Positions 40,478-52,601 of a stretch of DNA of 52,601 bases are shown one piece after another. Each line of letters starts with the position of its first letter. Positions within the stretch are counted from its first letter, which is position 1. The stretch comes from Octopus bimaculoides (lineage: Eukaryota), in NCBI RefSeq assembly GCF_001194135.2, contig NC_068982.1, forward strand, positions 161,013,580 to 161,066,180, written 5' to 3'. The notes under the pieces are model-generated. The model did no database searches. It saw only the letters and a list, made by a program, of their open reading frames with translations, and had not been told where the DNA came from. Position numbers and translations under genes: made by a program.

Positions 40478-41239
40478 TATATATTATTGATAAAAAGTGT
40501 AGGTGGCATCCGAGTGGGTATATATTTAGAAAAAAGAAGTTTGAAAACGCCACTATATAAAATAAATTTTAATTTTTAATTTTCTCAAAGATATTTAATA
40601 TGTTTCGGTTATTGAAAAAACGAACCTTATCAAAAATACATAGTTTTTAAAAAAATGTAATTAAAAGAAAAGTTCATAATTGCTTCTTACTAGTGTCAAC
40701 AGAGTCCGCGTGGGAGTGTTTTTTTTGTGTGGGGACATAATCGCTGTCTTGTGCGTTGACTTGAATCGTTGGCTGTAGTAGTAGTAGTAACTGTGCTGGT
40801 AGTGGTAAACGGGAGTGACTGGTGTCCGTAGAAGCAGCAGTAGTTAATTGAGCGGTCACTCTCGTTCACCACTACTGACACTATATATATATAAATTAAA
40901 AGGGTAGAGATTTACCATTCATAATCCAGAAACGCGTCTATGTTTAACTTTAAATGGTTAGTTTTCATTGTTTTTTCTTCTTGTTTTTGCCTTTGTGAGT
41001 TAAAAGTAATGCTATCTGTTGGAGTCTCAGCTTTTTTAGCTGCTATTTCTGAACTTCGGTATATGGTGAAGCAAATGCTTGCTGATCCCTTAATTATGTT
41101 TATAAATATATATATATATATGGGAGAATATACAAATAACATATATATATACAAATAACATATATATATATATCCGGGTTTGTATTATTGGAGAGATTGT
41201 GTACAACAGTGTTTTTAAAGGCAGACCTTTTGAATTATA

Positions 41240-41400
41240 GGAAGATGCATGCAACAGATTTCAGTTTCCATCTACCCATTTCACTCGCATGGTGAGAGTT
41301 GACTCAAACCTATAGTAGAAATTACACGTTGAAGGTGCCCTGCGATTGAATGAAACCTGGGATTTCGTGATTGTGAACTTCTAAATCATTTTGCCATGCC
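41240..41400 (-). mobile_element. Decayed family C SINE
   Basis: CAGTTTCCATCTACC...CTATAGTAGAA...GGTGCC aligns to the antisense of family C. Confidence 0.55.
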
Positions 41401-41563
41401 GGCGCACTATCACTCTCATACATGTATACATATCCCTGCTTACATATATGCAATACTCTCTTTTAAGTATACATGTGCACTTACATGCATAAATACATAT
41501 ACTCGCATCCCACACACACAAATGTATATGACACACGGATGTGCATACGCGCACAATGTATTC

Positions 41564-41624
<61 letters not shown>

Positions 41625-42997
41625 TACATACGTACATACAAGCATTCATATGCACACGCCTGCACGCAACATACATACGTACATGAAATATAAATTAGAA
41701 TGCACATACATGGAGATACAGACACATACATACATACATACATACATCCACACGCACTCACACAGATACGCACACATGCGCATGCGCGCGCGCGTGGAGA
41801 TATATGCACGCGCATCACAATCAGCATCAGCAGAGTCATAAATTAAGCAGGTTCAGTTAATTGCATTTTCATCTTCCAGATGTTATCTGTAGATTTGCCA
41901 TTTATACCTGGTAACTGGTTACTATGACTGCAGAGGTTGCAGATATGTTGTTACTATGGTGACAAATGTTGTGGCGGGGGAGTGACTGTGGTGTGATGTG
42001 GGGGTGGCTACTTGATGGAAAAGCAGGGCCAGAGAAGGAAGATGAGAGGTTTTTGGTTTGTGCTGTGTCGGCATGTTAATTGGTTTATCTAATTAATAGT
42101 GTGCACGTGTGTATGTGTGTATATGTAAACATGTTTGCGGGTATTATATCGTTCTGTGTGTCGACGTGTAAGTGCAGTTTTATGTGTATGGGCTTATGTG
42201 TTTCTATGTACAGGTGTATGTGTATGCTTGTAGGTCGCAGGGAGTATTTCTCTGTGTGTATGTGTATATGCTTCCGTATAGTCCTATGTGGTACGTGTGT
42301 ATGTTTCCGTTTATGTGTATATGTTTATGTATGCGTTTGTGTGTGTGTATATATATATATATATGTGTGTGTGTGAGCCTATTTGTGTGTTATTGTATGT
42401 TCCTATGTGTAGGCGTGTATGTACAAGTCTATGTGGGAGACCGTGTAGGTGTTTATGTGTATGTGCGATTCATTGTATGTTGCTATATGTGCATACGTGT
42501 ATGCGTAAACCTATATGTTGTTCAGTGTACGTTCTTATGTGTAGGTATGTACGTGTAGATATATGTAAGCGCGTATATCTATGTTTCTATACGTAGTTTT
42601 CTACATGTAGACCTCTGCGTATGATTGCGTGCGGTGCGTGTTTGTATTCTCTGTGTGTGTGCATGTGCATTTCCGTGTGTAGATGTGTACGTAAAGACAC
42701 CTATGTATCACTATGTGCATGTGTGTGTGTGTGTGTGTGACTATGTTTATTTTTCTGTGTTCAAGTGTGTGCTTGTGGGCCAGTGTGTGTGCGTATAAGT
42801 GTGTGTGGTCATGTCTTCCTGTATATATGTGCGTGTAGGTCTCTTTGTAGGTGTACAGATGTACGTTTCTGTGTGTACATCTGTACGTATAGGATTGTGT
42901 ATATATGTGTGTTTCCATATGTACGTGTGTTCAAATAAACCTATGTATGTATGTGTATGTACATGTAGGCCTGTGCATGTGTATCTGGATAAGCAAT

Positions 42998-43051
<54 letters not shown>

Positions 43052-43067
43052 TGTACGTATGTATGGT

Positions 43068-43134
<67 letters not shown>

Positions 43135-43394
43135 TGTATGTATGTATGTATCCATGTGTGTATCCATGTGTGTGTGTGTTTTAAACCTGTGTATGTGTGT
43201 ATGTATATGTTACCGTGTACAAAGGTATGCATATCGGTTTGTCTGTATGTATCTGTGTGTACGGTCCAGTGTATAAGTATATACATATATGTATGTTGTT
43301 ATTTTCTTCTAGAATAAGTCACAAGTGAGTTTTCATCTCTGAAACTAAGTTGATGTTGCAGAAACAATGGTGTTAACTTGGTGTAGGAGTCGTT

Positions 43395-43497
43395 GGGGGA
43401 GAGTGATGATGGTAGTAGCGGTGGCAGTGGCGGTGTTGAGGTGTTGTTATTAGGAAGTAGTGATAGCAGTGGTGTTGGGATCACAACGAGCGTATTG

Positions 43498-43560
<63 letters not shown>

Positions 43561-43820
43561 ATGATGATGGTGGTAGCAGTAGTAGTTGTAGTGGTGGTTA
43601 TGGTCTGTAGCTGTAGTAGTTGTGGTGGTTGTGGTCTGTAGCTGTAGTAGCTGTGGTGGTGGTGGTGGTGGTGGTGGTGGTGCCAACATTGGAGTTGAGA
43701 TCTTGGAGGCTGAGGTGGAACTGGTGATGAGTTTCTGGATGTTGTGGTTCTAGAGGTGGTGGTTATGGTGATGATGGTGCTGCAGCTGGTCGTAGTAACG
43801 GTGGTGATGGTGACGATGAG
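43395..43820. repeat. Degenerate (GTA/GTG/GAT)n low-complexity tract
   Basis: Directly visible; source of the poly-T/V/P ORFs. Confidence 0.9.
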
Positions 43821-44019
43821 CATCCCATAAATATCATTCCTCACTACTTTAAATCACTCCCTCTCTCTCAGATTTCTATCACTTAACATGCCAATGCTTC
43901 AAGTAAATCATGGATACTTCATTTTCTGCAACGCAAAAAAAAGAAGAAACATTCGCTGCTCAAAATATATTTTTCCCTTTCTCTCTTCCCTTTTCCCTCT
44001 GTCTTTCTCTCTCCCTCTC

Positions 44020-44127
<108 letters not shown>

Positions 44128-45435
44128 CTGATTTACTGTCCGCATTTTCGACCTAGAGAGATCTAGGTGAGTCTTAAGGATGCTGTATGTTTTTGGCTCA
44201 CCGGATGAAGAGCATATTATTTCGCTGTCAGCTAAACCAGTCTTAAATTGGTCCTTGAGAGAGTTATTTAACTCTTATTGGTTCACTATCAGTATACCTT
44301 CGCTGATGGAACAATGTCAGATATTCAAAGTAGCTACACTCTCTGAACAATATGGCTTCAAACCATTTACTTTTTCTATCAATTTCGAGTTATCTGTAAC
44401 AAAGCAAAAGAGTTTAATCAAAATGCTTGAAGATTTATTTTTTCGGAACAAAATTCCTCTCAACGAAGGCGAGAGGACTATGACTAAAAGTATCTCTTGA
44501 TCCACTACAAATGTGTATTTTAATCAGCTACACTCCATCGTATTCAGGCAAACATGGCAGGGGATATAAAAAGACAATAACATAATCTTCAATAACAACA
44601 GAAATAATATCAATATTAACTATCAAACTGCATAGACACACATTTAGATGGAAAATGCATTAATGAAAGCAATGAGAGCACTATATAACCGACGGATGTT
44701 CATTTAGTTTTGCAACCTCTTGAAATCGATTGTGTACAGTTTTGTCTCTCAGTCATTTAATAAGCATAATGATACTTGTAATAAAATTTCAATAATTTTT
44801 GTTTTTAAGAAACTGTGAGAGATATTAAATTGTTTTAACGGTGGAACTTGAAATAGATGAAGCTATAAATAAAAGAATGTAGAATATTGGGTTAAGAAAC
44901 CAGTGCATGAAAATGTCACGGGCTGTCCGAACTCACATCTTCTGTGAACATGACAGATATGCTTTGTCATGTACACAGAAGATATGGGTTCGTGTCCCAC
45001 CAGCAGCCTTCGACTCTTTCCAATCCAAAGTCGTTTTTTGCCCAATATTCTACATGCTATTATTTATAGCCATATCTACTTCGAGTTCGACCGTTAAGAC
45101 AATTTTCTTGCTATAAATTCAAGTCGAGTTAACGCTAATCATGTTTCTTCTCATTACGGGAGCACGTACATACCGTTATTTCAGGCAAACACCTGATGGC
45201 ACAAGGAAATGAAAAATAGAAAGCGAATGTCTTGTAAGCATTAATATTGTAAATGTACATCTCAAAGATGAGGTTGATATGTGGAGATCATAATCGCTAA
45301 CAAAAACTTAGCTCAGATATTTAAACATAGTATCAGGTGATGTCGTCCTTCTTGTTTAGTAAAGCAATCATTGTTTTCACTGAATTCAATTTACACGCGT
45401 ATTTCCAGCATAGTTATATCGCTGTCATTATATAC

Positions 45436-46197
45436 ATTCTCATCCTTTCGGGGGTCGATAAATTAAGTACCAGTTGCGTACTGAGATCGATCTAATCGAC
45501 TGGCCCCCTCCTCCAAAATTTCGGGCCTTGTGCCTAGAGTAGAAAAGATTATATACATTCTCACAAAGGCAGCGAGCTGGCAGAAATGTTAGCACGCCGG
45601 GCGAAATGCTTAGTGGTATTTCGTTTGTCTTTACGTTTGGAGTTCAAATTCCGCCGAGGTCGACTTTTCCTTTCATCCTTTCGGGGTTGATAAATTAAGT
45701 ACCAGTTGCATACTGGATCGATCTGATCGACTGACTCCCTCCCCAAAAATTTCGGACCTATGCCTAGAGTAGAAAAGATTATATACGTTCTCACAATGTG
45801 GTGGGCTAGGAGAATCATTAGTACGCCGGACAAAATGTTTTACGTTCTGAGTTCAAATTCTTCCGAGGTCGACTTTGTCTTTCATTCTTTCGAGATCGAT
45901 AAATACCAGTCGAGCACTGATGTTGATGTAATCGACTTTCCCCCTCCTCTCAAATTTCAGGCCTTGCATTTATAATAGAAAGAATTATATACATTTGACA
46001 AAGTAGTTAGCTCGGAAAATCGCTAGAATATTGGATAAACGCTTTACAGTATTTGACTGGAGTTCAAGTTCCACCGAGGTCACCTTTGTCTTCATCCTTT
46101 CAGAGTTGAAAAAAAAATAAAGAACCAGCCAATTACTGGGTGGAGGGGGGAAATAGATTCGATTAAACCCATCCACCTCAAAATTGCTGGCGTTAAA
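45436..46197 (+). mobile_element. Head-to-tail array of four family A SINE units
   Basis: Units at about 45436-45550 (3' half), 45567-45780, 45797-45985 and 46002-46197, joined by a conserved spacer. Confidence 0.9.
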
Positions 46198-46975
46198 GGT
46201 AATTATGTACATCTGACAGCTTTCTCTTTGTTACTTGTCTTCCTCTGCATTCACATTGTTCTGAGTTTAATCCCATGGTGTGGCACTTTCGGCAAACATC
46301 ATCGGTAACTTTCGCAGAGACTGAGCTGACAGAAACTGTTCACAAGACTTTTAGCAAACGGTACTTGGTCTTGGATTGCAGATGTAATCAGTCCTTGAGT
46401 GCCTGTATCAAGACACATTTTGAACCTGCCTCCGATTTCATGATAACATCATCTATTTCTTTTACCCTTCTCGGATGTCCTGTGAAAAGCTCACGAGTTG
46501 TGCAGATCCTCCTCAGATTCAACAATAAGAAAGATTTTTTACTTGAAGTACTGAAAGTGAACATTAAGTAGGAATATTCCTCCTCTTAGCCTCGGAAAGT
46601 TGCACGACAACTAGATTTATGTTCTTCTCCTCGATCTATAGTTAAAGGAAACTGTGTTAGCAGAAATGATAGAACGTTAAGTATTACGTTATCCTTCGTT
46701 TTAACTTACATCCTACTGCGCTTGGTTTTACGTTTATCCAGTTGTTGCTGGTGCTGTTCTTGTTGTTGCTGTTGCTGATAGTGCTGCTGCTGCTAGTGTT
46801 GCTGCTGCTGACGATGATGATGATGATGTTGTTGTTTTTGTTACTGTTGTTGCTACTATTGTTGTTCTTTAACTCCAGGTCATCAACCACTGAGAAGACC
46901 GGGTTCAAAAACGTTACACTCATAACCATCAATTTTTATGGATATGTAGCACTGCATTATCCAATATACATATAC

Positions 46976-47008
<33 letters not shown>

Positions 47009-47751
47009 NNNNNNNNNNNNNNNNNNNNNNNNNNNNNNNNNNNNNNNNNNNNNNNNNNNNNNNNNNNNNNNNNNNNNNNNNNNNNNNNNNNNNNNNNNNN
47101 NNNNNNNNNNNNNNNNNNNNNNNNNNNNNNNNNNNNNNNNNNNNNNNNNNNNNNNNNNNTATATATATATATATATATATGCAGGACTATATTGTCGATG
47201 ATACTACAGTGTGCTCTGAGAAAGATTTGATTACTATTTCTAGTGGGTCAAACGACAGTATAGAGACTCCTCGCTGGTTCGATTGACAACTGACAATTTT
47301 AACAATATACAGAAATATATTGACAGAAATGACACTCCACTTGTTTCTTTGTCAAAACAAATCATTCTGTTCGCATTGAAGTAAATAATTGCTTTCAACT
47401 TTAGATCCATTTATAGATCCGGTATAAAGACATACGCGAGCATTCTATCGCCTCCCATGAAGTTATATCCAAGTCCGAAATAGTAGCAAATTTCAGTTGA
47501 TATGAATAAGATTTATAATGGTCAGTTGATGTGTGACATCTTCCGGAAATAGTTCCCTTTCTGTGACACATCAAATATCTTCTCTGTTTTGTTTTGTAAT
47601 TTTTTTTTTCTAGTCGATTAGTAATTACTCTTGTGTTTCTTCGTGAGTCTATATCAGCACTTATCTTCCCTTTAGCTTAGGTCTTGACTGGTACAATATG
47701 AAGCTTCTTTCCTGAATAATGGTTGATGTCTTGTCTCTGTTCTATCTATCT

Positions 47752-47807
<56 letters not shown>

Positions 47808-47890
47808 NNNNNNNNNNNNNNNNNNNNNNNNNNNNNNNNNNNNNNNNNNNNNNNNNNNNNNNNNNNNNNNNNNNNNNNNNNNNNNNNNNN

Positions 47891-47986
<96 letters not shown>

Positions 47987-48287
47987 GTGTATGTATGTGT
48001 GCGTGCGCATGTGTGTGTGTGTGATGCTGAGATGCATTACAAGTTTAACACACGCAAGAATCATTTCTGATAGTTCAAAAACTTCCTTCTGAGAAGTAGG
48101 CAGCCTTACAATAAGGCGAGTTTCTTGCGCCTGCAAAACTACAAGTAATGCATCTCAACATCAAACTATTGATACAATATATTGAAACATCTTGGTATGC
48201 TTCGAGTGAGTTATTATTTCATTTTTACACCTATCACCGCACACACACATACACGCACACGCACACACACGCACACACACACACACA

Positions 48288-48320
<33 letters not shown>

Positions 48321-48346
48321 GTACGCACATACACACCATCACACAC

Positions 48347-48424
<78 letters not shown>

Positions 48425-48904
48425 AGTTTATTATTCTTATATTATTATTTGACAACTTGTCTACAATTTAAGCAGTTGACTAATTGATTACTTGGTAATC
48501 GGTAATCAATCAATGAGCTAGGTCCGTCAGATTTCTTTTGTCGCCATTTACGACTTCATCTATGATATGCCCTTGCTATACCAATAGAAAGAATGGTGTG
48601 TCATTGATGAGGTCGTGTGTTTCAACGCATAATTTCGTATCAAGTCTCTTGCAAAGCAAATACAAGAACGAATTGAATTAGATTCCTTGAGGAAAATTCC
48701 AGTTTTCGTTTGTATTTGACATTCCTTTTTTCGTGATGTGAGTAATTTAGAGATTCGTTTACTCGCTTTGTATAGTAGAAAGAAGTGCTTCAAATTTTTA
48801 TGGAGAAGTAAATATATTCAGGTAATATTCTTTGTCTATATTTGATGATAATATTATTTTCTTTCAATCTAGCAATTTCGAAATTAGCCTTCTGTTCATT
48901 GCAG

Positions 48905-48912
48905 GATGCTGG
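48905..48912 (+). other. Candidate 8-nt micro-exon
   Basis: ttctgttcattgcag|GATGCTGG|gtaagg. Confidence 0.3.
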
Positions 48913-49251
48913 GTAAGGGTTGTTATATATTACTACACATGCAATTCAGAGGAGATGAGAGATTAAAATTGTGTTGTTTTCAGTTCAAAAAGGCACAGCT
49001 AAATAGATGTAAATGATATTGTTATACATATTTCTTTGTCTTTATTTCAGACAAAGGCATAGAGAAGTTGATCAGAAATTTAAATTTTGAACTAATGGCC
49101 AAGTATATGTCCGTTTTTCTGTAACGTTATTGCTCTATAAGCTGAATTCAGTTAAATAGCGTCCTTCAATCTAACATAGACTTTACGCATGTCATTGGAA
49201 TCAACAGTGGTTTGCAATTCAATCAGGTTTGCTTTCCATTTTCGATCGCAG

Positions 49252-49257
49252 CATTTG
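49252..49257 (+). other. Candidate 6-nt micro-exon
   Basis: tttgctttccattttcgatcgcag|CATTTG|gtgagt. Confidence 0.35.
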
Positions 49258-49807
49258 GTGAGTTTTGATACAGTTTTGCTTTCAGTTTATTCGTGTAATA
49301 TGCACCTCATCTCTGTTCTAGTTTAATAGATCCGAGATGCTGATGGTTGTAACGAAGATGTGTTCGGGGCAGAAAAGCAAACCATTTGAGTTGCCCCATC
49401 CTACAGTATGTTTGACAATAACAGCACACCATTTCACGGCTCTTGTTCAAAGCGAGTATGAAAATTGCTCATTTGAATCCGATGCACATTGTGTATGGTC
49501 AGTAGCACAGAGTCCTCTTTTGCACTATCAGGGTTGAACAGCGGCAGAGTATAAACTCTGGTGGAGGTAGCATACTATATTTTGCTCCGGTAACTCGCCA
49601 ACTCATGATCTAGTCACTAATAACATTTATTTCTTAGATTCATTTGACCATATTATTAAATTTTGTAGCAAAGCTAACCTAAGCTCATTACTCTGCTTGC
49701 AATCCTGTTCAAAATAATGTGCATGCTATATCTACGATACTACCAGATTCTAACAGTTTCATTTTGCAAAAAGCAGCTATTTTGACATTGTATTGTTCTA
49801 ACTTCAG

Positions 49808-49820
49808 TGCCACCAGTGTG
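49808..49820 (+). other. Candidate 13-nt micro-exon
   Basis: ttgtattgttctaacttcag|TGCCACCAGTGTG|gtatgt. Confidence 0.3.
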
Positions 49821-49964
49821 GTATGTTCTTTGGTTGATCAGTTTTTCCTCTTTCTGTCATAGACCTAATGCTATGGAAACCTGATAAAAGCTTAGTTTCT
49901 AAAACTCTAAATTTTGCCTGTTACTCAGAGCGGGAGACAGCCAGTACGATTTTTTATAACTCGT

Positions 49965-50033
49965 CAATAATTGTTCTTTGGGAATCACGTGGCCTCAAAG
50001 CGATCTTCTTAACCATACAGCCATAACTGCACC
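49965..50033 (-). mobile_element. Family C SINE head remnant
   Basis: Minus strand GGTGCAGTTATGGCTGTATGGTTAAGAAGATCGCTTTGAGGCCACGTG resembles the family C head. Confidence 0.4.
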
Positions 50034-50118
50034 AAAGTAAATAGATAGATAGATAGACAGACAAACAGACAGGCAGGCAGGCAGACAGACAGACAGACAG
50101 ACAGACAGGCAGACAGAC

Positions 50119-50160
<42 letters not shown>

Positions 50161-50891
50161 TAGAAAAAGAAATAGAAAGTACTTGGTGCAGTAGTGNNNN
50201 NNNNNNNNNNNNNNNNNNNNNNNNNNNNNNNNNNNNNNNNNNNNNNNNNNNNNNNNNNNNNNNNNNNNNNNNNNNNNNNNNNNNNNNNNNNNNNNNNNNN
50301 NNNNNNNNNNNNNNNNNNNNNNNNNNNNNNNNNNNNNNNNNNNNNNNNNNNNNNNNNNNNNNNNNNNNNNNNNNNNNNNNNNNNNNNNNNNNNNNNNNNN
50401 NNNNNNNNNNNNNNNNNNNNNNNNNNNNNNNNNNNNNNNNNNNNNNNNNNNNNNNNNNNNNNNNNNNNNNNNNNNNNNNNNNNNNNNNNNNNNNNNNNNN
50501 NNNNNNNNNNNNNNNNNNNNNNNNNNNNNNNNNNNNNNNNNNNNNNNNNNNNNNNNNNNNNNNNNNNNNNNNNNNNNNNNNNNNNNNNNNNNNNNNNNNN
50601 NNNNNNNNNNNNNNNNNNNNNNNNNNNNNNNNNNNNNNNNNNNNNNNNNNNNNNNNNNNNNNNNNNNNNNNNNNNNNNNNNNNNNNNNNNNNNNNNNNNN
50701 NNNNNNNNNNNNNNNNNNNNNNNNNNNNNNNNNNNNNNNNNNNNNNNNNNNNNNNNNNNNNNNNNNNNNNNNNNNNNNNNNNNNNNNNNNNNNNNNNNNN
50801 NNNNNNNNNNNNNNNNNNNNNNNNNNNNNNNNNNNNNNNNNNNNNNNNNNNNNNNNNNNNNNNNNNNNNNNNNNNNNNNNNNNNNNNNNNN

Positions 50892-50982
<91 letters not shown>

Positions 50983-52213
50983 TAGCGAAACAACAAAGAA
51001 TTAAAACAGCTATGTATATCAATATATATTCCCGGAACATAATTACGTTTCTTGTGTGTGTGTGTGTGTGTGTAGTGATGTACATATATGAACACAGATA
51101 GTTATATCAATGTTTGTATACGTTACGCGTGTGTGTAAGTGTTTGAGTGAGATTTTGTGAATCAATCTGGTATTAACATCAAACCTGAAAACATACAAAA
51201 GATCGCTTTTATGTATCTCTGAAAAAATATAACCAAGTGTGTTCAGATAAGTTCTTAGCTTGTGGCTCTGCCTGCTAGCAGAACGACTGACACTCTATTT
51301 AACTGTCTTCTCTGTTACCACTCATAACATTCTATAGCCGACATTCAACTTTCCTTATCTCAGTTGTGCAAGGATCGATATTGTCAGAGTGAATATGAAG
51401 CAAAAGTCCTAAAGATGCGGAAAGTTTAAATTTATCGATTGCATAAGAGACCTTCACATAAATGGAAGGACTAAGGCTGACGCTAGTATGGAGTAGCAGA
51501 ACGCATATATTCCGAACACAACATTCTCTGGCTCTAGGGGCTGTTCGTGCTATTCTTACAAAGAAGGTTTATTTGCTTGCTGTCAGCAGTCTCTGAACAA
51601 TTGTCTACCTGTTTGTTTTTTATTAGTTCTTTCTTTTTCTTTTTTTTTTCTTTTTTTTTTTTGAGTAGGAGGGGAAATAATTCCTCAGAATCTATAATGT
51701 TACTAAAGGTTTTATTAGCGTCATAAGATATCAGATTTTATTGTCGTGAAACAGTTAGACAGTTTGTAAAGTTTATTGATCTTTTCTATCGAAAATATTT
51801 TAAAACCTAATAGAAAGAGATTGTGTTTATCGATTTGATGAATATTTATTTGATGCCAGTCAAAACTTTTCAGTAGTAATAACCTTAATAGAGCCACACA
51901 GCTGAGAAAATAATAAGATACCATCCAACCATTCGACAGTTTATATATGTACAGCTGTGATACGTTGTGTCCCTTGATAAAGAAATACAATCTTCAATAT
52001 TTCAGTTCTCCTAGTTGCAAGGATATGTCAGCAGGAAGAACATATAATTGATAAGTACTTCGTTAGTTTGTTGAGTTTATATCAAATTATCTTAAACCCA
52101 CGAGTGGAATACATTCATCAGATTTATTTACCTTGGACACTCATTATGTGACAAAAGTACCTTCATAAAACTACAACGACTCAATGGAATGTGTGATGTT
52201 CATCTACTAAACT

Positions 52214-52601
52214 CTTCTTTTTTATTATTATTTTATGTTTGACTTTTGTTTTGCATTTGTACAAGTTGGATCCAAGTCTCACCCAGAGGACCTCAAGAGA
52301 CAACAAGTTAGAAGTTCATGTAGGTGTTATGCCTAGGGTGCCATATATTTGGATTTGTACAGTTTTGTTCAAGTGAATGTTTAAGAAACCATAAGAAAAT
52401 TATGTTTGCTTTAAAATTTGAGATCACATAGACAGTATTTTACGTAGGATATGGGCAGTTCCCATGAGCACTATCTTTTGAACTTCAGCTATTTTGGGGT
52501 TTCCTGGTATCTGAGCTAGGTAGTAATCAGCCCGTTTCGTTGTCATTCCCAGGGCACCTATGACAATAGGTATTGTTTTCGTCTTCAGATTCCACATTTT
52601 G
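52214..52601 (-). mobile_element. R4/Dong-type LINE 3' end (RLE C-terminus, 3' UTR, AAT/A tail); continues beyond the window
   Basis: Stop-free minus-strand KMWNLKTKTIPIVIGALGMTTKRADYYLAQIPGNPKIAEVQKIVLMGTAHILRKILSM*, followed by a UTR and an AATAATAATAAAAA tail. Confidence 0.9.

Larger units (their letters stand above)
47182..49640 (+). pseudogene. Putative decayed MAM-domain gene segments
   Basis: ENCSFESDAHCVW (49460-49498) fits the MAM N-terminal C-x-F-E-x3/4-C-x-W motif. Weaker matches are WFD*Q (47275), ASILSPP...M-x5-GQL (47436-47534), QISFVA...VIDEV (48528-48615) and SGNSPTHD...IYFLDS (49586-49640). Every segment contains stops. Confidence 0.35.

Noticed and set aside
43299-43844. 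181-aa Thr/His-rich mucin-like ORF
   Set aside because: It coincides entirely with a degenerate trinucleotide tract, and no splice or domain support was seen.
44180-44500. 106-aa ORF
   Set aside because: No recognisable motif; the length is within chance expectation.
46275-46571. 98-aa ORF
   Set aside because: Its 5' part overlaps a degenerate family C SINE (about 46240-46345), and no domain was recognised.
48022-48210. Additional MAM-like reading HARIIS..SF*EVGSLTI..Y*NILVCFE
   Set aside because: Motif spacing is too compressed for a MAM domain; likely over-fitting.
52561-52601. Apparent strong acceptor gttttcgtcttcag|ATTCC
   Set aside because: It is the antisense of the Dong RLE coding sequence. 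This shows that acceptor-like strings arise by chance here.

Overview
AT-rich, gap-containing (N runs) eukaryotic DNA dominated by microsatellites and decayed transposable elements. The SINE families and repeat landscape look like a cephalopod (probably Octopus); this is an inference. No intact host gene can be demonstrated. Recognisable elements are Penelope-like elements (RT/GIY-YIG), two RTE LINEs, several R4/Dong-type RLE LINE copies, a CR1-clade RT nested in one of them, a Helitron Rep/Hel fragment, several tRNA-derived SINE families (one in a tandem array) and MITE-like inverted repeats. The most interesting unexplained region is 47.2-49.9 kb. It carries MAM-domain-like peptide relics interrupted by stop codons, some at expected Trp positions, and a dense cluster of candidate 6-13 nt micro-exons. 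Other points of interest are a ~96% identical 144-bp inverted repeat, a CR1 RT segment that replaces part of a Dong RT, a Dong 3' end inside a (TAA)n tract, a hammerhead-like motif and an exact 66-bp duplication. Most computed ORFs are microsatellite or gap artefacts.
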